DNA from: Candidatus Lokiarchaeum ossiferum
GTDB taxonomy: Archaea; Asgardarchaeota; Lokiarchaeia; Sigyniarchaeales; Promethearchaeaceae
Assembly: GCA_025839675.1 (NCBI GenBank)
Contig: CP104013.1
Coordinates: 1,410,001-1,442,000, forward strand
Reading direction: 5' to 3'
DNA length: 32,000 bases
Shown here: piece by piece, positions 25,678 through 32,000 of the stretch
Numbering within the stretch: the stretch's first letter is position 1
How the letters are laid out: the number at the start of each line of letters is the position of its first letter
The notes under the pieces: model-generated
Databases searched by the model: none
Told to the model about the DNA's origin: nothing
Seen by the model: the letters and a program-made list of their open reading frames with translations, nothing else
Made by a program: the position numbers and the translations under genes

Positions 25678-26127
25678 ATGGCAAAAAAGAAAGTAATTAC
25701 AAAAAAAATAAAGGTCGCTGAAGAAGAAGTTCAAGCTAAACCTATTAAGAAAGAAGAAACCGAAGATGTTGATGCATTTGATGTTGATGAAGTTCCAGAA
25801 TCTGCGGAAGAAATCAGTGAACTTGAACAAGAAATCAGTGAAGATGAACAAGCAGATTTCGATGAAGAAATTCAAGAAGAACGCTTCTATACAATCCCAT
25901 TAGCCAAAAAAGGATTTGAATTAACACCTCGATGGAAACGCAGTAAAAAAGCAATTAAAGTAGTGCGTGAATTCCTTGAACGACACATGAAACCGGAAGG
26001 AGAAGTGTATATTTCCCAAGATGTTAATGAACGAATCTGGGAAAATGGTATTAAAAATCCTCCACGAAAAGTTCGAGTTCGAGTAACAAAATCTATCGAT
26101 GGCATTGTAAGAGCCTATCTTGCATAA
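25678..26127 (+). CDS. rpl31e: 50S ribosomal protein L31e with an acidic N-terminal extension of about 66 aa
   Basis: The C-terminal ~83 aa match L31e (ERFYTIPL...RSKKAIKVVREFLERHMK...NERIWENGIKNPPRKVRVRV). The N-terminal part is a lysine patch followed by a D/E-rich stretch. Confidence 0.9.
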   Translation: MAKKKVITKKIKVAEEEVQAKPIKKEETEDVDAFDVDEVPESAEEISELEQEISEDEQADFDEEIQEERFYTIPLAKKGFELTPRWKRSKKAIKVVREFLERHMKPEGEVYISQDVNERIWENGIKNPPRKVRVRVTKSIDGIVRAYLA

Positions 26128-26182
26128 ATAAGTTACTTTTTTTTCTACTTTCATATATTAATATTACAAGAGATGATTTTTT

Positions 26183-26857
26183 GTGACAATTATAAAAGAA
26201 AACGTTTTTGGCGGGTCAGAATTAGGAGTATATCTTTCCTTGAACAATCAATATTTCATTCATCCTCCTAAAATCCAGCCAAAATTATTGGATCAGGTAA
26301 AAAAGATCAATTCAGAAATAATAACCATTGAAACTTTTATCGGTGGAGGAGCGATAGTAGGTTCCTTACTTGCAATGAATTCCCATGGAATAATTGTCCC
26401 AGCGACAATACAGGATGATGAACTGGAAATTCTCAAGCAAAATATGAAATCTGATTTTCAAATCACAATTATTGATTCGGAACATAATGCATTTGGAAAT
26501 TTAGTCCTGTGCAACGATCATGGAGCAATAATTTCATCAAGATTAGTTGATGCCCAAGAAGCCATTGCAGCTGCTTTAAAAGTTCCAGTCAAAGTCCTTG
26601 ATTTTGCAGGAACCGATTTAGCAGGAGCTTGTGGTTTAGCAAATAATAAAGGAGTGATTGTACATCCTATGATTACCGAAGAAGATGCAGAAACAATCGC
26701 CGAATTTTTAAAAGTAGAAATTGATGTGAGTACCGTAAATATGGGTATTCCTTATCCAAACGGAGGGGCCTTAGTTAATGATTTTGGCGGTATTTTTGGA
26801 AGAAACTGCACTGGTCCTGAAATTCAACGGATTTCTGAAATATTAGAGTTAGAATAA
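26183..26857 (+). CDS. eif6: Translation initiation factor 6 (aIF6/eIF6)
   Basis: 224-aa ORF with a GTG start. It shows the pentein repeat pattern (FGGSELGVYLSLNNQY..., HGIIVP, AFGNLVLCNDHGAIIS, GLANNKGVIVHP) and conserved synteny after L31e. Confidence 0.9.
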   Translation: MTIIKENVFGGSELGVYLSLNNQYFIHPPKIQPKLLDQVKKINSEIITIETFIGGGAIVGSLLAMNSHGIIVPATIQDDELEILKQNMKSDFQITIIDSEHNAFGNLVLCNDHGAIISSRLVDAQEAIAAALKVPVKVLDFAGTDLAGACGLANNKGVIVHPMITEEDAETIAEFLKVEIDVSTVNMGIPYPNGGALVNDFGGIFGRNCTGPEIQRISEILELE

Positions 26858-27011
26858 AAATCTCAATTATTTTTTAATTTATTATTGAAATCTACCTCAG
26901 ATTTCACAATTCCATAAAAATTTAATGGAAATTCAAATTGAAAATGATAAAAAATTAAAATGATGTAGCGTTATTTTCAACTATAATTTAATTAAAATTA
27001 AGTGAAAAATT

Positions 27012-27248
27012 ATGCCCGAGACTGAAGTTAAAATTTATAAAATTTCCGGTAAATATGTTATGAAGCACCAAAAATTCTCTTTTACCAAACATGTCCGAGC
27101 CTTATCTGAAGATAATGCAATGGAAAAAGTTCTTTCTACTGTCACCGCTTCGAAAATCCTTCGAAGAAAGATTACTATTACAGAATGTAAAGTTATTTCA
27201 GCAGAAGAATGTGATGATCTTTATATTAAAACGTTAGCCACTATGTAA
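27012..27248 (+). CDS. rplX: 50S ribosomal protein LX (L18Ae/eL20 family)
   Basis: 78-aa ORF beginning VKIYKISGKYVMKHQKFSFTKHVRALSEDNAMEKV, which resembles archaeal LX. It occupies the canonical position between aIF6 and prefoldin alpha. Confidence 0.7.
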   Translation: MPETEVKIYKISGKYVMKHQKFSFTKHVRALSEDNAMEKVLSTVTASKILRRKITITECKVISAEECDDLYIKTLATM

Positions 27249-27257
27249 GTGATCATA

Positions 27258-27314
27258 AATTCAATATCGAACGACCTATACCAATCCTGGTGTTGATCCG
27301 ATTGAATTTTTTTT
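27258..27314 (+). terminator. Weak hairpin plus T8 tract after rplX
   Basis: AATTCAAT..CG (27258-27269) can pair with CGATTGAATT (27299-27308), immediately followed by a T8 run (27307-27314). The loop is long, so the T-run is the main signal. Confidence 0.3.
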
Positions 27315-27376
27315 GTGATTCTCTTTTTATATCAAAATACATTTAATAAATTAAAATTTATAGGAAAATTATTTCA

Positions 27377-27823
27377 ATGAGCACCCCAACTAATCCGCCA
27401 TCCCAAAAAGATGTTCAACAATTATTTTATGTGTTTCAAGTTTTAGAAGACCAACAAAAGGGATTAATCGAACAGCTAAAAATGCTAGAAGGTCAAATCC
27501 GTGGAGTTACCCTCTCAAAAATCACTTTAGAAGGATTTTCAGAAATCACTCCTGACCAAGAAGTATTACTTCCCGTAGGTGCAAATGCATATACAAAAGC
27601 AAAACTCATCGACCCCAGTAAAGTGACTGTCTCAATCAGTTCTGATATGTTAATAGAAAAGAATCTGGAAGATGGATTAAATAGTATTTCTAAACTTCTT
27701 GAAAATTACAATAGCATAAAAGAACGACTTAATGGTCAATTGGGGGATGTGGAAGGAAAACTGGCTCAAATCCGACCCCAAATTGAAAATTTGTACCGTA
27801 TGAGTGGAATTGCACCAAAGTAG
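27377..27823 (+). CDS. pfdA: Prefoldin subunit alpha
   Basis: 148-aa ORF with a coiled-coil / beta-hairpin / coiled-coil layout (LLPVGANAYTKAKL central hairpin region). Synteny (LX, pfdA, ftsY) is conserved in archaea. Confidence 0.8.
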   Translation: MSTPTNPPSQKDVQQLFYVFQVLEDQQKGLIEQLKMLEGQIRGVTLSKITLEGFSEITPDQEVLLPVGANAYTKAKLIDPSKVTVSISSDMLIEKNLEDGLNSISKLLENYNSIKERLNGQLGDVEGKLAQIRPQIENLYRMSGIAPK

Positions 27824-27846
27824 TTTTGTGGGAATTGTGGTAAAAA

Positions 27847-28749
27847 ATGTTTAAAAAATTAAGTCATGGCTTATCCAGCATTTTCAAGGTCACTTTATCC
27901 GAAAAAAATATGGATAAAACCATGGAAAAACTCAAATTAACATTATTAAAAAGTGATGTTGCGGTTCAGGCAGCTGAAGAGATCTGTAAAGCGACAGAAA
28001 AACAGCTCACTGGAGAAAAAATCGGAGCTTTTTCTAAAAAAGATACATTACAAAAAGCAATTCAAAATTCGATATATCAAATTTTGAGTGTGGAAAACCA
28101 ATTTGATCTCATAAATACCATCAAAAACCGCCCAAATAAAAGGAAACCATATGTAATTATGGTATTAGGTGTGAATGGTACGGGAAAAACAACCACAATC
28201 GCTAAAATGGTGCATCTCCTAAAGAAAGAAAATATTTCTATGGTTGTAGCAGCAGCAGATACATTTCGTGCGGGTGCAATTGAACAATTAGGAAAACATA
28301 TGAAAAAACTCGATACTCGACTCATCAAACAAGAGTATAGTTCAGATCCAGCTTCGGTCGCATATGATGCCATTGATCATGCTACAGCAAAAAAACTCGA
28401 TACTGTAATTATCGATACAAGTGGTCGTCAAGTGACCAATAAGAATTTGTTAACGGAATTGCAGAAAATTAAACGGGTAAATACCCCCGATTTAACATTA
28501 TTTATTGGAGACTCTCTTGCAGGAAATGATGTTTTAGTCCAAGCAGAAAAGTTTAACGAATCTATTGGGATTGATGCTTCAATTATTACCAAATTGGACG
28601 CAGATTCGAAAGGAGGGGCTGCATTATCGATAGCATATATAACCAAAAAGCCAATAATTTATATCGGAGTCGGCCAAAAATATGAAGATTTAATCCATTT
28701 CGATCCAAAATGGTTTATATCGAAGCTAATGGGAAATACAAAAAATTAA
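27847..28749 (+). CDS. ftsY: Signal recognition particle receptor FtsY
   Basis: 300-aa ORF with the SRP-GTPase NG domain: G1 GVNGTGKTTTIAKM, DTFRAGAIEQL, G3 DTSGR, G4 TKLD and GVGQKYEDL. Confidence 0.93.
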   Translation: MFKKLSHGLSSIFKVTLSEKNMDKTMEKLKLTLLKSDVAVQAAEEICKATEKQLTGEKIGAFSKKDTLQKAIQNSIYQILSVENQFDLINTIKNRPNKRKPYVIMVLGVNGTGKTTTIAKMVHLLKKENISMVVAAADTFRAGAIEQLGKHMKKLDTRLIKQEYSSDPASVAYDAIDHATAKKLDTVIIDTSGRQVTNKNLLTELQKIKRVNTPDLTLFIGDSLAGNDVLVQAEKFNESIGIDASIITKLDADSKGGAALSIAYITKKPIIYIGVGQKYEDLIHFDPKWFISKLMGNTKN

Positions 28750-28821
28750 TTTTGTTGGGAAAGATCAAAAACCGAACAACAATTTTTTTAATAAATAGAA
28801 AATTCAAAAATGTGAATCGTA

Positions 28822-29019
28822 ATGACTGTAGATAAAGATGCCCCTACTTTAAATAAAATTCAGAAATTTTGGTTGAATACCAAACGGATAATCACCATTT
28901 CCACAAAGCCTACTCGAAAAGAATATTTTACCATGATGAAAGTGTGTTTAATTGGGATAGGAATTATCGGCGGTCTTTCTTATATCTTTCAATTGATATT
29001 TAACTTTATTCCATTTTAA
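28822..29019 (+). CDS. secE: Protein translocase subunit SecE / Sec61 gamma
   Basis: 65-aa ORF with the conserved amphipathic region (RIITISTKPTRKEYFTMMKV) followed by a single TM helix (CLIGIGIIGGLSYIFQLIF). Confidence 0.8.
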   Translation: MTVDKDAPTLNKIQKFWLNTKRIITISTKPTRKEYFTMMKVCLIGIGIIGGLSYIFQLIFNFIPF

Positions 29020-29244
29020 CTCACTTCCAGTGTCTTAGAACTTATTTTCATAAACAATTCTTTTTTTGCTAATTTGTCACTAACCATTTCATTCTTTCAA
29101 TGACAATTGGGTTGAGAGTTTGTAAATTTCCTTGCGGAGCGGAGCAGGATATCTCTTTGGAAAAAATCCAAATTTGTTATGGACATCTGATTTTATGAAA
29201 TGACTTTCTGTTTCATTTTAATTAGAAATAGTAAAAGTAAAAGT

Positions 29245-29252
29245 AAAAAAAA
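29245..29252 (-). terminator. Oligo-T (T8, minus strand) after dnaG
   Basis: An A8 run on the plus strand lies 5 nt beyond the dnaG stop (29257-29259). Confidence 0.35.
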
Positions 29253-29256
29253 GAAA

Positions 29257-30660
29257 TTAAAGGAAATCTTTAAAATAAAATAATTCAACTTCAGAATTAC
29301 TTTGAATCTTTAATTGGGGATTGATATTGACCGCTATGATACGTTTAATTCCTTGAGCAATGACTTTATCAACAAAACGTTGGGTGACAACACCGTCAAT
29401 TACAACTGTATTCATATTGGAATCCATTTTATTGAAAATATTAACATTACTCGTTCTCAATATTTCATCATATGTTTCATTCAAACCAATTGCTTCATTG
29501 CTTGAAACTAAAGATTTGATCATAGGTGAGAGTTTTTCTTTAGGTAAATTGAGTAAAGCAGCAGGAATTCGATTATGATCCCGAGAATTTTTTCGATCTC
29601 CTTTTTGAAATCGTCCTCCGTCTCTTCGATTATCAAATTTATCTCGTGAGTTGCGAGGATTTCTATCATGGCTATTGCGATCCCGTGGGGAGCGATCTCG
29701 AGTATGTCGATCTTTGTCAGTACGTTCATTAACGCGATTTGAGGCAGAACGACTAAAAGAAGAGTTTCGTCGTTTATCTTTTGCATCTTTTAAATCTCGT
29801 TCATATCGGGATTTATCATCTTTTGCTTTTCGTTCTTTTAATAAATGTTCAATGGGGCGTTTTTGTTGCAGACACTTAACCAATTCTTTTGGATTAAGTT
29901 CTTCAACTTCATGGTTGTTGGGGGCTCGTGCATAAAATTTAATTTTTGAGACCTGTAATAATTCGTTTAAAATCATATCGCCTCCACGATCACCATCTAA
30001 AAATGCGATGCACTCTTTTTTATGGGTGAGGTCAATAATTGCTTTGGGAACCGAAGTTCCATTGACAGCGACAGTATTTTTTACTCCAATTTTTAATAAT
30101 TGTTGGATATCATTTCTACCTTCGACAATAATAACACGATCTGCTGTATTGATATCAGCTCCAGCAGGTAATCCATTCCATGTAATGATTGATTCTTTTT
30201 GGAGTTCGAGATTGATTTTATCAGAGATATTCTCTTTATCAGCTCTTCCCGCCTTCCAATCTTTCAATAATTCTTTTGCACGTGCTTCAATTTGCTTCAA
30301 CTTAGATTCTCGTAAATCCCTAATCTCAGTTAATACTAAAGAAGCTCGACAAGGTCCTACACGATCTACTGTCTCTAAAGTAGCTGCTAAAATAGCTGTT
30401 TCTGTCCGATCAAGACTTGAAGGGATGATTATATCCCCGGTGGTTACTCCATTTGCTGAAGTAGCATTTACAACAATACGGCCAATTCGTCCGGATTTTT
30501 GCAATTCCCGGAGTTCGAGATCATTTAATAATCCTTCAGTTTGGCCAAAAAGGGCACCAACAACATCTTGCACTTCTACAACACCATGAACACTGAATGT
30601 GGCTGAAATGTTATATTTTGCAGATGTTTGGTCTACCGATTCATTTATTCCTTTTGTCAT
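29257..30660 (-). CDS. dnaG: Archaeal DnaG (TOPRIM primase-like protein / exosome-associated) with an R/D/S/K-rich insertion
   Basis: 467-aa ORF with the TOPRIM motifs VIIVEGRNDIQQL and AFLDGDRGGDMIL. The archaeal DnaG N-terminal block (GALFGQTEGLL) is present. Residues ~275-364 are a low-complexity charged insertion. Confidence 0.9.
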   Translation of the reverse strand: MTKGINESVDQTSAKYNISATFSVHGVVEVQDVVGALFGQTEGLLNDLELRELQKSGRIGRIVVNATSANGVTTGDIIIPSSLDRTETAILAATLETVDRVGPCRASLVLTEIRDLRESKLKQIEARAKELLKDWKAGRADKENISDKINLELQKESIITWNGLPAGADINTADRVIIVEGRNDIQQLLKIGVKNTVAVNGTSVPKAIIDLTHKKECIAFLDGDRGGDMILNELLQVSKIKFYARAPNNHEVEELNPKELVKCLQQKRPIEHLLKERKAKDDKSRYERDLKDAKDKRRNSSFSRSASNRVNERTDKDRHTRDRSPRDRNSHDRNPRNSRDKFDNRRDGGRFQKGDRKNSRDHNRIPAALLNLPKEKLSPMIKSLVSSNEAIGLNETYDEILRTSNVNIFNKMDSNMNTVVIDGVVTQRFVDKVIAQGIKRIIAVNINPQLKIQSNSEVELFYFKDFL

Positions 30661-31536
30661 GAATTTTCACTATATTTTATTTATCAGAAATCTTATGAAA
30701 ATCCCTCATCGAAGATGAAAACAAGAATAACAAATGATTGAGCCAAAACTATCATCCGTCGTTTATAAAATACATATATTACTAATACCTAGTCTTCCAA
30801 GTGCGAAGATATCTTCAGATATTAAGACCTACTGTCCTTCACTTTTCTAATTACTTTTCCCCTTGATCAAATGAAGCAAATTCCAATTTACTTCGATGGA
30901 TTTATCCAATAAAGTCTTGGTTTCCGTTTTTACTTTGGAAATTGAAGTTCTCTTGACCAATGAGCATTGAACTTGATAATGGGTGTTTGGGTTTTATTTA
31001 TTATGAATTTTTTAAACTTTGAATATGATTTGAATGCGGTTTTGAACCAACATTGTGTTATTTTAGTAGTAGCATCGCCACGATTTCCTCGTGGTAAAAT
31101 GCTCGTAAATGCGTTTCCCTCTTGATGTGAAATTATCCTACGTGATTGGTGATAATTTTTATTTATATTTGATTTTTGATTTCACCCCACGGTGTGTGGG
31201 AATGAATGTATTTCTAACTGTTTGTAATATTTGATAGATTGTACTTGTAATTGGTAATAGAACAGTTTAGTAATTTTTTGACATATTTTCCTATTAACAT
31301 CGCAATGAATTCTCGATTTTTATATTCTTACAACTCTCTTTAGAATTGATATTGTTTCAAGAATTTTAAGCGAATTACTTAGTTAGTTTGTGAAGAGGAA
31401 CTTTTCCTCTAAATAAGAATAGGTTTTCGGAGTAAAAAAACATTTCCCTTCAAAAAATATGGTTTTCTCCTTATTTATTAAAAATAAATTAAAAAAATTT
31501 TAATTCAACTTATACAAGAATTATCCAGAGGTTAAT

Positions 31537-32000
31537 ATGGAAAACCTAATTATTTTTGGAGGGAAAGGAGGAGTTGGAAAATCTTCCATTTCCACCGCGA
31601 CTGCAGTACATCTTGCCGATCAATTACAAGATCAAAACGTACTTTTAATTTCATTTGATATTGCACATAATTTATCGGATCTCTTTGACAAACACATTGG
31701 AAATGATGTAACCCAAATTACTAAGAACCTTTTTGCCATTGAGCCCGATCCCGATAAATATACTAAGGCCTATACAGGAGAATTGACCAAGAAAACTCAA
31801 GAATTAATCAATTCATCAAAAATAATTGCCATGATTCCGGATTTAGGCAATATTATTTCTGAAGCTGTAGAAGGAGATAACATTCCTCTCGCCTTGAAAA
31901 ATTCCCTATTCTTCCAAAGTATTATTGATGCAGAGAACCCCATGGAACAAATTGGGGAAAAACAAATGCGATATAAAGGTATTGATCAAACAGATGAGAC
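31537..32000 (+). CDS. ArsA/Get3-family ATPase (5' part; runs off the window)
   Basis: The ATG at 31537 is followed by the deviant Walker A IIFGGKGGVGKSSISTATAVHLA, and the frame is open to the window end. It is absent from the ORF track because no stop falls within the window. Confidence 0.8.
   Translation, partial: MENLIIFGGKGGVGKSSISTATAVHLADQLQDQNVLLISFDIAHNLSDLFDKHIGNDVTQITKNLFAIEPDPDKYTKAYTGELTKKTQELINSSKIIAMIPDLGNIISEAVEGDNIPLALKNSLFFQSIIDAENPMEQIGEKQMRYKGIDQTDE

Noticed and set aside
29231-29248. GTAAAA x3 microsatellite just downstream of dnaG
   Set aside because: It has only three copies and merges into the A8/T8 termination tract, so it is trivial low-complexity sequence.
29020-29256. 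Possible C/D-box or other small RNA between secE and dnaG (ATGAAA...TTTCAT hairpin, CTGA motif)
   Set aside because: There is no convincing C box (RUGAUGA) paired with a D box at the proper spacing. The hairpin is AT-rich and short, so the support is insufficient.
30661-31536. Replication origin in the long AT-rich gap next to dnaG. The segment gatttcctcgtggtaaaa loosely resembles ORB-type TTCCAGTGGAAA elements.
   Set aside because: There is only one such element, no repeated or inverted ORB copies, and no orc1/cdc6 gene in the window. Archaeal DnaG is not an origin marker.

Overview
This is a visibly AT-rich archaeal chromosomal segment with about 30 protein genes and one tRNA. The archaeal assignment rests on two information-processing blocks. 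One is on the minus strand at 19.8-21.7 kb: Nep1, RNase P Rpp21 and a YhbY/CRM protein. The other is on the plus strand at 24.6-29.0 kb: S19e, PDCD5-like DNA-binding protein, L39e, L31e, aIF6, LX, prefoldin alpha, FtsY and SecE. They are followed by archaeal DnaG (29.3-30.7 kb) and a Get3/ArsA-type ATPase that runs off the right edge. The low GC, the hut genes and the charged low-complexity extensions on housekeeping proteins are reminiscent of Lokiarchaeia-type Asgard genomes, but this window alone cannot establish that. The left part holds a MacB/FtsX-type ABC exporter with an uncharacterised membrane partner, then a tight hutH-hutI-fhs operon that lacks hutU. The accessory-looking middle (8.2-19.7 kb) holds two secreted or anchored zinc metalloproteases, a sensor-less histidine kinase core, a helical membrane protein, a duplicated wHTH regulator, tRNA-Gly(UCC) and an ICMT-family methyltransferase. 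The most unusual object there is a signal-anchored protein built from seven near-identical 20-aa (60-bp) tandem units, including an exact 120-bp higher-order duplication. My main hypothesis is that this protein and its divergently arranged neighbours form an undescribed peptide production/sensing cassette; this is inference, not demonstrated. Other points worth checking are a possible Whirly/PUR-like fold in an orphan protein, an S19e gene with no canonical start (an apparent 1-nt frame problem), a PGF-CTERM-like tail on a metzincin, a bacterial-type Fpg, and two non-coding gaps of about 0.85 kb each.
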